From an uncultured Candidatus Binatia bacterium (GTDB lineage Bacteria; Desulfobacterota; Binatia; Bin18): DNA of 64,000 bases. A program made the translations under genes and the position numbers. The DNA is taken from contig OZ241744.1 in assembly GCA_965200965.1 (NCBI GenBank), forward strand, positions 1 to 64,000, written 5' to 3'. This document shows positions 10,181 through 20,107 of this stretch, piece after piece (positions within the stretch are counted from its first letter, which is position 1; every line of letters starts with the position of its first letter). Under the pieces are notes generated by a model. It worked only from the letters and a program-made list of their open reading frames with translations. It was not told the DNA's origin and ran no database searches.

Positions 10181-10849
10181 CAGACCACCCTATCCGGGAC
10201 AGCTTTCATATAGTATGAACGCTGGACAAATGCAACGCGCTCGGCCGTCTCCTCGCTTGACTGTCAGACGCCAAGCGACTGGCTGTCGGGCTCCCTGCAG
10301 GTCATTGCGCTCACGCTCTTCGTTGTGTGGATCTTGAGTCTGTGGTTACTCCTCACCGGGCGCTGTCCCGGTCTGCCCTGGCTGTCCTTCCAGCCGGCCA
10401 GCCTGCTGAGCGACATGCTCTTGTTTGTGATGATGGGCCTGGCCGTCCTGGTCGTCGCCCCCAGCGTCCGCCGTGTTCCCAGTGACACCGGTGGGACGAT
10501 CCGTCTCCACTATGCACAACTCCCGAGGAAACCTTCCCGCCGTTTTCCTGTTTGTGGAGCAGAGAGGGAGGTGTCATGGCACAATCATCAAGCGCAGCGC
10601 ATTGGGCGAAAAGACCTTCACCGTCCAGTCCTGCCCATGTACGATGCAGGCGCGGCCAGTCGGCTGCTCCCCAAGCACAGCCATCCTGCCCGAGCGGTTT
10701 TATGGTCCGCCCCCTGAGGGGAGGAGGGACCCGGGGCGGAGAAGTCATGCTCAGGCGGGCTATCCTTGAGGACGCGGTCTGTGTATTGATCAGAAAACTT
10801 GGAAATTCCTCCCGCCCTCTCCCGCGCCACGGTTGATGTGGCCGTAGTA

Positions 10850-11971
10850 TCAATCCAGCGTATGTTGGGCAACCAGCTCTCTATTCCAGGTCGCATCGCC
10901 GAAGGTGACTTCTGATCCCTTGGCCCGCTTGAAGTAGATGTGCATGTCGTGCTCCCAGGTAAAACCGATGCCGCCGTGGACCTGAATCCCGTCGGCGCTG
11001 ACCTTGCGGTACGCATCGCTGCAATACGCTTTGGCCATAGCAGACGCCAGCGCCGCATCGGGCGCGGCGTTCGAGACCGCCCAGGCCGCGTAATAGGTCG
11101 CTGACTTGGCGCTTTCGACCTGGACCAACATGTCGGCGCATTTATGCTGGATGGCCTGGAAGGAGCCAATCGGTCGGCCGAACTGTTCTCTGACCTTGGC
11201 GTATTCGACGCTCATGTCGAGGACGCGCTGGGCACCGCCCGTCATCTCGGCGCACAGCGCGACCTTACTGCGGTCAAGCACCCGGCTGAGCCTGTCCCAG
11301 CCGGGTGCTGGGGAGCCGAGCAGGGCGTCAGGACCGACCTGAACCTGGTCAAGTCTCAACTCGCACAGTTTACGGGTTTGGTCCATTGTTTTCAGCGCCC
11401 TGACGCTCACGCCGGCCTGCTGGCGATCAATCAGGAACAACCCAAATCCCTCGTCGGTCCGTACTGCACACACGATCGTATCCGCCACATGAGCGTCCGG
11501 AACAAACAGCTTCACCCCGCTGAGCCGATACCCTCCGTCGTTTTTTTCCGCCCGAAGATGCACGCCCCGTTCATCCCAACGCGCGTTATCTTCCAGGACG
11601 GCCAGGGTCGTTTTGAGTTGTCCCGAGGCGATGTGGGGCAACAGCGTGTTTTTCTGCTCCTCGCTGCCCGCCTCCAGAATGGCAAAGCCGCCGAGTACAA
11701 CTGTTGAAAAAAATGGTCCGGGCAAAGCAACCCGGCCCATTTCTTCGAGAACGATGGCCATGTCGATCAGGCTGAGTCCTGAGCCGCCGTACCGTTCAGG
11801 CAACATCAGGCCCATCCAACCCAACTCGGCCATCTTCTGCCACAGATCATCGGCATAGCCGCGCTCGTCCTCCATCATCTGGCGGACATAGCTCATCGGA
11901 CATTCATGATTCAGGAAATCTGCCGCAGACTGGCGCAGCAACTCCTGCTCTTCGCTAAAGCCAAAGTCCAT
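10850..11971 (-). CDS. Acyl-CoA dehydrogenase family protein (heteromeric ACAD-type subunit)
   Basis: MDFGFSEEQELL, REQFGRPIGSFQAIQH, IQVHGGIGFTWEHD; GGAG RBS before the ATG at 11971. Confidence 0.92.
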   Translation of the reverse strand: MDFGFSEEQELLRQSAADFLNHECPMSYVRQMMEDERGYADDLWQKMAELGWMGLMLPERYGGSGLSLIDMAIVLEEMGRVALPGPFFSTVVLGGFAILEAGSEEQKNTLLPHIASGQLKTTLAVLEDNARWDERGVHLRAEKNDGGYRLSGVKLFVPDAHVADTIVCAVRTDEGFGLFLIDRQQAGVSVRALKTMDQTRKLCELRLDQVQVGPDALLGSPAPGWDRLSRVLDRSKVALCAEMTGGAQRVLDMSVEYAKVREQFGRPIGSFQAIQHKCADMLVQVESAKSATYYAAWAVSNAAPDAALASAMAKAYCSDAYRKVSADGIQVHGGIGFTWEHDMHIYFKRAKGSEVTFGDATWNRELVAQHTLD

Positions 11972-11984
11972 TGGGCACTCCAGG

Positions 11985-13127
11985 TTAGCTGTTGGCCAGG
12001 ATCGACACACAGCCGACCGAACCCGGACCGCCCAGGTTATGGGCCAGCCCGACTTCGGCGTTTTTGACTTGGCGCTCGTCAGCTTTGTTCCACAGGTGCT
12101 GACCAACCTCGTAGATCATTCGGATACCGGTCGCGCCAATGGGATGACCAAACGATTTGAGACCGCCCGACGGATTGACCGGAATATCACCCCCGATTGA
12201 GGCCCGGCCTTCTTCAACATACTTCCAACCCTCGCCTTTTTTACACAGACCCAGGTCTTCGTAGTTCAGAATTTCGGTAATCGTGAAGCAGTCGTGGCAC
12301 TCAACCAGGTCAATGTCCCTGGCCGTCATGCCGGCTTGCTGATAGGCCGACTGAGCGGCCTGGGCCGTGGCTGGGAAGCCGGTATAGGCAAAACCCGGTT
12401 TCATATACGGCTCGCCCGAGGTGACCGACAGGCCGATGCCTTTGACCTTCAGCGGATCGGGCCGGAAGGATTTGGCCAGTTCTGAGTTACAGATGATGAC
12501 CGCGGCCGCGCCATCCGTGGTCGGACAGCAGTCAAACAGACCTAGCGGGCTACAGATCAGCGGCGCGTTGATGACCTGCTCCTCAGACACTTCCATCCGA
12601 AAGTGCGCCTTGGGGCTCATTGTGCCGTTGTGATGGTTTTTGATCGCCACCTTGGCCAGGGCATGTTTGTCGATGCCATAGGTCTCGAAATAGCGGTTGG
12701 CGGCCATCGCAAACAGCGACGGTGCGGTTGTGCCGTAGCCGACAACAGGATGGTTGCCAAAGGTCCCTAAGCCTCGCTGGCCAGAGTCGCGCAGCTTCTC
12801 AAAGCCGAGCGCCAGCACCACATCGTACATCCCGGAGGCGACCGCCATGCACGCGTTGCGGAAGGCATCCATCCCCGAAGCGCAGTAGTTCTCCACGCGG
12901 GTAATCGGGATATTGTACAGCTTGAGCGGGTCGGCTAGGGCATTGCCGGCGCTGGCGGAACCCAGCGTCCCCACCCAAGCGGCCTGAATCTGGCTGGGGT
13001 CGATATTGGCGTCGGCGTAGGCTTCCAACGCTGCCGTGACCACCATATCTTCCGCGCTCATATCGTAGTTCTCACCGAACTTGCTACACCCTGCCCCAAT
13101 AACCGACACCTTGTCACGAATATCCAT
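11985..13127 (-). CDS. Thiolase / acetyl-CoA acetyltransferase (SCP2/archaeal-like subfamily)
   Basis: VENYCASG (catalytic Cys), DCCPTTDGAAA, ECHDCFT, NPSGGLKSFGHPIGATG. Confidence 0.92.
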   Translation of the reverse strand: MDIRDKVSVIGAGCSKFGENYDMSAEDMVVTAALEAYADANIDPSQIQAAWVGTLGSASAGNALADPLKLYNIPITRVENYCASGMDAFRNACMAVASGMYDVVLALGFEKLRDSGQRGLGTFGNHPVVGYGTTAPSLFAMAANRYFETYGIDKHALAKVAIKNHHNGTMSPKAHFRMEVSEEQVINAPLICSPLGLFDCCPTTDGAAAVIICNSELAKSFRPDPLKVKGIGLSVTSGEPYMKPGFAYTGFPATAQAAQSAYQQAGMTARDIDLVECHDCFTITEILNYEDLGLCKKGEGWKYVEEGRASIGGDIPVNPSGGLKSFGHPIGATGIRMIYEVGQHLWNKADERQVKNAEVGLAHNLGGPGSVGCVSILANS

Positions 13128-13148
13128 CTGCCTTCCCCTTTCTGCTGC

Positions 13149-14552
13149 TCAGCCGCTGACCGGTCTGGCCTTCCAGAAATAATTCTTGATACCAGACCCC
13201 TCGTGATACTTTCTAAACGTCAACTCAACCGGCATGCCGATTGCGACCCGGTCGGGTTCGCAGTCGGTCAACTGGACAAAAACCCGCCCCCCGCCGTCAA
13301 GATCAACCACCGCGTGCGTCGTCGGCGGATCGGGTGTCTCGGCCAGATAATCATGGGTGAAGGTAAACAGTTTGCCGGTTCGGGCCAGCTTCACCTCTTC
13401 AAGACCGTCGCGGTAGCCGCACTCGACACAGATCCGATGGATGGGGAACTGGAGTGTCGTACAACCGGGGCATTTTCCGCCGTGGAGCGGTAAAATCTCG
13501 CTCTTATCCCGCAACAACACAACCGGGGTTGATTCGTCCTGGGTTGAGTAATCCTTCCTTATCAGCTTACGGAAGCGGGCGTATTTGCCGTATGACGCCA
13601 GGGTGCGTTTGACTTCAATCTGCGAGTAGACGCTGCGCACCAGCTGGTAGTCTGCCATAGCGTCGGTGACGCGAAAAACCGCCGCGTCAGCCCCGTCACC
13701 ATAGCCGGCAACCAGAATCAGGTCGCCCGGCTTGGAGCGCTCCAGCACCGCGGCCAGCAACACCAAAGGCTGAGCCGTGCCCGAATCGCCGACCGTGTTC
13801 CAGAATGTATCCTGGACCTGAGACCTGACATCCAGCTCCAGACCGCGCAGGGCTGCCTGCATAGCGCGTTGGCTCGGACCGGCAATGGCCGCGTTGGTGA
13901 TATCCCGGGCGCTGAACTGACACTTGGCCAACACCCCCTTGACCGCGGCGGCGACAAAACGGTTGTAGCCAAACGTATTCTCAAACGCGCCCGGGAAGGA
14001 GCGCAGGTAGTCTTGCTCTTCGGTGCGCCATGTACCGAGAAATTCTTGGCTCATGGTATAGGTTCCGACCACTTCGGCCAGCACCTCCCCGGTCCCAATC
14101 ACCAACGCCCCGCCCGCATCGCCATAGTTCTGCTCTTGCTGGGTATCGGGCTCGCCCATGCGTGAGTCACCCGCACAGACCAGGAGCTGTTGACCAGTCT
14201 GGACCAGGTCAAGTGCGGTCAGCAGGGCCGAGGTACCGGCCCGGAGCGTATCGGTGAAATCCATGGTCCGGATTTCGGCCTTGGCATCCAGGACCGTGGC
14301 GACGGTCGCCGCAGCCTGCTTCTCCCGGTACGGCGAGGTGGTTGAGGCAAAAAACACTCCGGCCAAGTGCTGGGGGTCTTGATCACCCAGCGCGTCCACA
14401 CTGGCGTTGGCCGCCAGGGTCAGACTGTCTTCGTCATAATTGGCAATCGCTCGCTCCCCGCCCAAAGAGGGCGTGCCCCACTCCTGGGCGATCAGGTCAC
14501 GCGGGAGACGATAGATCGGGACACAGGTCCCGTACGCAACAATGCCTGCCAT
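13149..14552 (-). CDS. HMG-CoA-synthase-like domain fused to a DUF35 Zn-ribbon/OB-fold domain
   Basis: MAGIVAYG...DEDSLTLA...GDAGGAL...GYGDGADA; C-terminal CPGC...CVEC plus OB-fold (IGMPVELTFRK...YFWKARP). Confidence 0.88.
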   Translation of the reverse strand: MAGIVAYGTCVPIYRLPRDLIAQEWGTPSLGGERAIANYDEDSLTLAANASVDALGDQDPQHLAGVFFASTTSPYREKQAAATVATVLDAKAEIRTMDFTDTLRAGTSALLTALDLVQTGQQLLVCAGDSRMGEPDTQQEQNYGDAGGALVIGTGEVLAEVVGTYTMSQEFLGTWRTEEQDYLRSFPGAFENTFGYNRFVAAAVKGVLAKCQFSARDITNAAIAGPSQRAMQAALRGLELDVRSQVQDTFWNTVGDSGTAQPLVLLAAVLERSKPGDLILVAGYGDGADAAVFRVTDAMADYQLVRSVYSQIEVKRTLASYGKYARFRKLIRKDYSTQDESTPVVLLRDKSEILPLHGGKCPGCTTLQFPIHRICVECGYRDGLEEVKLARTGKLFTFTHDYLAETPDPPTTHAVVDLDGGGRVFVQLTDCEPDRVAIGMPVELTFRKYHEGSGIKNYFWKARPVSG

Positions 14553-14566
14553 AACGGTGCTCCAGA

Positions 14567-15361
14567 CTAATTGAGGCGGCTCTCGGGCTCGCCGCTTTTC
14601 AGCATGCACCCATCAACTTGTAAGTTGACCCCGTTAATAAAGCTTGAGGCCGAAGATGCCAGAAAGACGCACGGCCAAGCGACTTCCAGACCGCTACCGA
14701 AGCGTTTCAGGGCGTTGGAGTCGCGGGCGCGCTGCTGTAACTCCGGCGTCGGCCACAGCACTTCTTTGACGCCGGGCGTTTCAATCGGACCGGGCGAAAT
14801 GCAGTTGACCCGGATACCGTAGGGTGCCCATTCAATGGCCAGCGATCGGGTCAGATTGACCACACCGGCCTTCGAGGCACCGTAATGGGCCATGGTGGCC
14901 GACCCGTAGACACCCGAATCAGACGAGATATTGATGATGCTGCCGCTGGTGTTTTTGTCCATCATCAGCCGTGCCACAGTCCGGGAAAACAGAAAGGTGC
15001 CGTTCAAGTTGATATCGACAATCGCCCGAAAACCGTTGGGAGAAATATCGTGGGCGCGGGCCACAAAACTGGCCCCGGCGTTGTTAATCAGCACGTCAAC
15101 TTGGCCCCAGTTGGCCACCGCTCTGTTGACCACGGCCTCGACCTGGTCGTCCTGGCGTACATCGCACACGATCGAGTCAACCGTGCCGCCCTCTTTGCGG
15201 ATGCCGTCGGCCACCGGGCCGAGGTGATCCATCGTCCGGCTGGTAATCAAGACCTTGGCCCTGCGCCGGCAGAACTCGGCCGCAATATCGGCACCAATAC
15301 CCGTCCCGCCACCGGTAATAATCGTGACTTTGCCCGCAATATCAAAGACCGAATCTGCCAT
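14567..15361 (-). CDS. SDR family oxidoreductase (2,4-dienoyl-CoA reductase-like)
   Basis: TGGGTGIG, NNAGASF, YGASK, ISPGPIET. Confidence 0.88.
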   Translation of the reverse strand: MADSVFDIAGKVTIITGGGTGIGADIAAEFCRRRAKVLITSRTMDHLGPVADGIRKEGGTVDSIVCDVRQDDQVEAVVNRAVANWGQVDVLINNAGASFVARAHDISPNGFRAIVDINLNGTFLFSRTVARLMMDKNTSGSIINISSDSGVYGSATMAHYGASKAGVVNLTRSLAIEWAPYGIRVNCISPGPIETPGVKEVLWPTPELQQRARDSNALKRFGSGLEVAWPCVFLASSASSFINGVNLQVDGCMLKSGEPESRLN

Positions 15362-15403
15362 GCCGCGTATGCTCCGTGTTCACAGGGGGGCCGCCCCGCC
15401 GTC

Positions 15404-16462
15404 CTAGCCAAGACTGGGCAACCAGCTCTGGCCGCCGTTTGATGTGCGCATAACCGTGCCGAAGCCTCCCACAATCCAACCGTGCTGCTCGTCCGCAAAA
15501 TCAATCGCCCGCAGCCAAGTGACTGTTGGCAGACCGAAGCTGAAGCGTTGCCAGCCAGGACCATTGTCTCCACTCCGGAGCTGGTAGATACGCCCCGAAG
15601 CCCCGACGATCCAGCCCCGGCCGTTGCCGAGCAAGACCGGCGTGTAGAGCGGCGCGGTTTCTGAGGCGGTATCTGTGAGAAATGTCCAGTGTTGGCCACC
15701 GTCGGTCGTCGCCGCGATTTTGCCTTCTAAGCCGACGGCAATGCCTTCTAAGGCGGAGGTGAAATATGTCCCGAAAAAGGTGGGGAAGTTCAGGGCATTA
15801 TCAATGCCGGCTTGACCTAAGAGGCTGTTCTGCTGTTCGGTCCAACTCTGGCCACCGTCGGTCGAATGGAATATCTTGCCAAACTCCCCCACCATCCAGC
15901 CGGTCTGCGCATCAACAAAATGCACATCGTAGATATTGGGATCTGTCAGGGCCAGGGTGGCGTCGATATCCACGCCTTCCAAGGCCGGCTCAATATAGCC
16001 GGATTCCCACAACTGTCCGCCGTCAGTCGTGCGCAGATAGGTGGCTTGACCGCCAACCGCCCAGCCGTGCTTGGTATCCAGAAACTGGAGGGCTAGCAGA
16101 GAAACCGCCACGCCGCTGTCCTGCTGCCGCCAGGTTTCGCCGCCGTCTTCACTTTTCAGCAGCAGGCCGTCCTGGCCGCTGATCCAGCCCGTTTGGGCAT
16201 CTGGAAAATCGACGCTATACAGGGCCATATCGGTGTGGCTGTCCTGCTGCTGCCAAGTTTGCCCGCCGTCAGCGGTCATCAAGATCTTCCCCCCATAGCC
16301 GACCACCACCGCTTCTTCAACCGATATGGCTTCAACATCAAAGAACTTATCGGCCACCGTCATCAGCCGGTTGCTGAGCGGCATATCTTCGACCTCACGG
16401 ATGCAGCCGCTCAGAGCGGTGAGCAGACACAGGACAGGCCAGCAGCGGAGCACGGGGTTCAT
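15404..16462 (-). CDS. YCF48-like beta-propeller lipoprotein (BNR/Asp-box repeats)
   Basis: Lipobox LTALSGC; repeated T.DGG.TW Asp-boxes with GW.VG motifs. Confidence 0.85.
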   Translation of the reverse strand: MNPVLRCWPVLCLLTALSGCIREVEDMPLSNRLMTVADKFFDVEAISVEEAVVVGYGGKILMTADGGQTWQQQDSHTDMALYSVDFPDAQTGWISGQDGLLLKSEDGGETWRQQDSGVAVSLLALQFLDTKHGWAVGGQATYLRTTDGGQLWESGYIEPALEGVDIDATLALTDPNIYDVHFVDAQTGWMVGEFGKIFHSTDGGQSWTEQQNSLLGQAGIDNALNFPTFFGTYFTSALEGIAVGLEGKIAATTDGGQHWTFLTDTASETAPLYTPVLLGNGRGWIVGASGRIYQLRSGDNGPGWQRFSFGLPTVTWLRAIDFADEQHGWIVGGFGTVMRTSNGGQSWLPSLG

Positions 16463-16510
16463 AGTCAAGCGGCTTTCCAAAATGATTCCGATAGGATAGC
16501 TTCAACCGGG

Positions 16511-16540
16511 TTGCACAAGTTTCCCCCTGTCTACTATCTT
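16511..16540 (+). promoter_or_regulatory. Putative sigma70 promoter of icd
   Basis: TTGCAC-18 nt-TATCTT upstream of icd. Confidence 0.4.
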
Positions 16541-16619
16541 CGGGCACACTTTGCAATCCGCTCGGGGCTGGGATGTATCTCAGGCCCACGCTCCCACAAC
16601 GTTGAGGAAAGGATAGCGT

Positions 16620-18848
16620 ATGGCACCAGCAAAAATTACCTGGACAAAGATTGATGAAGCGCCGGCCCTGGCCACCTACGCCTTGCTGCCGATTGTACAG
16701 GCTTACACCAAGGGGACCGGGATTGAGATCGAAATCAGCGATATCTCTCTGGCTGGCAGGATCATTGCCAACTTCCCCGAAAAGCTGACCGACGAGCAAA
16801 GACTTCCCGACTGCCTGAGCCAACTCGGCGTACTGGCCCAAACGCCCCGGGCCGCCATCCTCAAGCTGCCGAATATCAGCGCGACGGTTCCGCAGCTCAA
16901 AGACGCGATCAAAGAACTCCAAGCCAAGGGTTACACTATCCCCGACTACCCAGAGGAGCCCCAAAACGACGCCGAGAGAGCCTTGCAAGCCCGGTTCACG
17001 GCGGTGCTTGGTTCGGCCGTCAATCCAGTCCTGCGCGAGGGCAACTCGGATCGCAGGGCCGCGACCTCGGTCAAGAAGTTTTTCCAGAAGAATCCGCACA
17101 AAATGATGCAGCAGTGGCCGGAGAGCGGGTCGAAAGCGCGGGTCGCTCATATGCAGGGCAAGGATTTCTTTGAGAGCGAGAAATCGACCACCGTGGAGAA
17201 AGCCGCCGAGGTGCGGATTGAGTTCATCGCCGCCGACGGAGCGGTCCGCGTCCTGAAAGATGGGTTGGCTCTGCTGGAGGGCGAGGTCATTGACACCTCG
17301 GTCATGAACGTCAAGGCCCTGCGCAAGTTCTACGCCGAGCAGATGGACATGGCCAAGAAAGACGGTGTGCTGCTGTCTTTGCACCTCAAAGCGACCATGA
17401 TGAAAGTTTCTGACCCCATTATGTTCGGCCACTGCGTGTCGGTCTACTTCCAGAAGGTGCTCGACAAGCACGCCGAGGTCCTCGAAGAGATTGGGGCGAA
17501 TGTCAACAACGGGCTGGCCGATGTGCTGGCCAAACTTGACCGTCTGCCGGCCGAGAAAAAAGCCGAGATCGAGGCCGACATCGCTGCGGTATATGATACA
17601 CGCCCGGCCCTGGCGATGGTTAACGCCCGGCGTGGCATCACCAACCTGCACCTTCCCAACGACATCATCATTGACGCCTCTATGCCGAATGTGGTGCGTG
17701 ACGGGGGGCGGATGTGGAATACGAACGACGAGTTGCAAGACACGATTGCTCTGGTGCCCGATCGGTCTTACGCGACCATGTACAAGGAAATTCTCGAAAA
17801 CGCGAAACAATACGGACAGTTTGATCCGGCAACAATGGGCAGCGTCTCCAATGTCGGTCTGATGGCCCGGAAAGCCGAGGAATACGGCTCGCATGACAAA
17901 ACCTTTGAAGCCCCGGCCGACGGCAAGATTCGCGTCGTAGAGACCTCAGGGACAACCCTGCTTGAGCAGACGGTTGAGGTCGGCGATATCTTCAGGATGT
18001 GCCAAACCAAGGACGCGCCGATCCGTGACTGGGTTCGCCTGGCCGTATCCAGAGCAAGAGCGACTGGCGCGCCGGTGGTTTTCTGGCTGGACGAGCGCCG
18101 AGGGCACGATAGGGAAATCATCAAGAAGATGAACGCCTATTTGCCCGAGCACGACACGACCGGTCTGGACATTCGTGTCATGAAGCCCCAGGACGGGATG
18201 CGGTTTTCGCTGGAACGCATCCGCAGAGGGGACGATACGATTGCCGCAACGGGCAATGTGCTGCGTGACTATCTGACCGATCTGTTCCCGATTCTTGAAC
18301 TGGGGACCAGCGCCAGGATGCTGTCGATTGTGCCGCTGATGAACGGGGGCGGGCTGTTCGAGACCGGTGCCGGCGGTTCTGCTCCCAAACACGTCCAGCA
18401 ATTCCTGCAAGAGGGGCATCTGAGATGGGATTCCCTGGGTGAGTACTGCGCCCTGGTGCCCGCGCTTGAGTTGATTGCCGAAAACACCGGGAATCCAGCC
18501 GCGGTCCTGTTTGCCCAGACGCTCGATCAGGCCATCACCACATACCTCGAAAACTCGCGCTCTCCCTCCCGCAAGGTGAACGAGATCGACAACCGGGGCA
18601 GCACCTTCTATCTGGCCCTGTACTGGGCCCGGGCATTGGCGGCCCAGGACATCGACGCGGCCCTGCAAGCCCGGTTCGCCAAAGTGGCAAAAGCCTTGGA
18701 GGACAATGAGGCGACGATCAACCAGGAGTTGCTCGTTGCCCAGGGCCAGCCGGTCGATATTGGTGGCTACTACGCGCCCGACCCGGCCAAGACCGCCCAG
18801 GCAATGCGTCCCAGCCCGACCTTCAACGCCATCATTGATGGGCTGTAA
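16620..18848 (+). CDS. icd: Monomeric NADP-dependent isocitrate dehydrogenase
   Basis: 742 aa; [55 protein letters not shown]. Confidence 0.97.
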   Translation: MAPAKITWTKIDEAPALATYALLPIVQAYTKGTGIEIEISDISLAGRIIANFPEKLTDEQRLPDCLSQLGVLAQTPRAAILKLPNISATVPQLKDAIKELQAKGYTIPDYPEEPQNDAERALQARFTAVLGSAVNPVLREGNSDRRAATSVKKFFQKNPHKMMQQWPESGSKARVAHMQGKDFFESEKSTTVEKAAEVRIEFIAADGAVRVLKDGLALLEGEVIDTSVMNVKALRKFYAEQMDMAKKDGVLLSLHLKATMMKVSDPIMFGHCVSVYFQKVLDKHAEVLEEIGANVNNGLADVLAKLDRLPAEKKAEIEADIAAVYDTRPALAMVNARRGITNLHLPNDIIIDASMPNVVRDGGRMWNTNDELQDTIALVPDRSYATMYKEILENAKQYGQFDPATMGSVSNVGLMARKAEEYGSHDKTFEAPADGKIRVVETSGTTLLEQTVEVGDIFRMCQTKDAPIRDWVRLAVSRARATGAPVVFWLDERRGHDREIIKKMNAYLPEHDTTGLDIRVMKPQDGMRFSLERIRRGDDTIAATGNVLRDYLTDLFPILELGTSARMLSIVPLMNGGGLFETGAGGSAPKHVQQFLQEGHLRWDSLGEYCALVPALELIAENTGNPAAVLFAQTLDQAITTYLENSRSPSRKVNEIDNRGSTFYLALYWARALAAQDIDAALQARFAKVAKALEDNEATINQELLVAQGQPVDIGGYYAPDPAKTAQAMRPSPTFNAIIDGL

Positions 18849-19177
18849 CCCTGACCGTGCTCTATTATAGTAATGGAACGGAGCGTCGCAAAAACGTCAT
18901 CGCGGGATCAGCTTGACGCTCTGCTCCGACGAGGACAATCTCGTCTTCACGCAGAGGCTACCTGCCGAAAATTTGAAGGGCGCACACTCCGCAACCGGCC
19001 CGTCTGACATTTCAGTCAAAGCGGTCCCCAACGGCTCATAGCATAAAAGAAACATTCCTTAGAGAATTCTCGCCTCGTTTCGGGGTGTTACGAAAATGAG
19101 AAAAAGGTCAGTCACTCTATGAAGCAGGCAGGGATGCCGCTCGCCTGTACATTCAAGATTTTCCAGAGCCGCCGGCC

Positions 19178-20035
19178 TCAGAACTTTGCCTTGGGTACCG
19201 GCAGACCGGGAATGTCTGAACGGGTGCGGAACACCGTGCCTTTCAGTTCTCGTTGGTCGTTATTGGCGGTGACGATGTACAGGTCACACATGTCAGGACC
19301 GCCAAAGGCCACGCTGGTGATCGTCCTGGCCGGGATGTTGACCCGCCGGTCAAGGCTTCCGTCCGGTTTGAACCGCACCACCTCACCAGAGCCGGCCACC
19401 ACCGCCACCCACACACCGCCCTCGACATCGACGGTCATACCGTCGGGCATGCCCCCGGGCAGCTTGGCGAACAGGTGGCGGTCGCTGACCGTCCGGTCGG
19501 CACGCATCTCATACACCCAGACCGCGCGGGTGGTGGAATCGCAGTGATAGAGCAGGCTGCGGTCGGCGTTGAAGCCGAGTCCGTTGGTGACCTCAACCCC
19601 CTCCCACAGATGCGTCACTTGTCCCGATGGATCAACGCGGAAGAGGGACCCCGGCGGGGGGCTGCTCTTGAAGTCAAACGCGTTGATGTCGCAGCCGAAC
19701 GATCCAACCCAGATGCTTCCCCGGTCATCAGTGGTCAGATCGTTCAGACCAAACAGCGGCTTGTTGTCCCACTGGCCGAAAATCTCTTTGAGCTGACCGG
19801 TCTGTTCATCCCACCGGGCCAGCGACAGGCCGGTGACAAGGATGCCGCCGCCCTCGTTCAGGGCGATGCCGCCTACCGCCTTGCGGTCTGTTGAGATCAG
19901 CGTTTCAATCTGGCCGTCCGGGCTGCGACGGAAGACGCCGCCCCCACGCACATCGCTGAAGTACAGCCGGTTCTGCTCATCGGTGCGGGGTCCCTCAAGC
20001 AGGCCATAGCCGGTCGCCAGGGTTTCAAACTCCAT
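19178..20035 (-). CDS. SMP-30/gluconolactonase/LRE family protein
   Basis: LEGP, NDL..D..G, NGLGF, PDGMTVDVEGGVWVA, TSVAFGG. Confidence 0.92.
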   Translation of the reverse strand: MEFETLATGYGLLEGPRTDEQNRLYFSDVRGGGVFRRSPDGQIETLISTDRKAVGGIALNEGGGILVTGLSLARWDEQTGQLKEIFGQWDNKPLFGLNDLTTDDRGSIWVGSFGCDINAFDFKSSPPPGSLFRVDPSGQVTHLWEGVEVTNGLGFNADRSLLYHCDSTTRAVWVYEMRADRTVSDRHLFAKLPGGMPDGMTVDVEGGVWVAVVAGSGEVVRFKPDGSLDRRVNIPARTITSVAFGGPDMCDLYIVTANNDQRELKGTVFRTRSDIPGLPVPKAKF

Positions 20036-20107
20036 ACGCTTCCTCCTTTTTCTTCGATACTGCCCTGATCGGCTGGACTCTTCAAGCGTCCGGGATGTGG
20101 CTTCCGC

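Noticed and set aside
15404-16462. YCF48 as evidence of photosystem II
   Set aside because: YCF48-like propellers are common in non-phototrophs, and there are no photosynthesis genes here.
16395-18668. Long antisense ORFs (499 aa and 240 aa) opposite icd, and similar shadow ORFs opposite polA, nadB, purL and aguB
   Set aside because: Expected antisense shadows of GC-rich coding sequence; no motifs or RBS.
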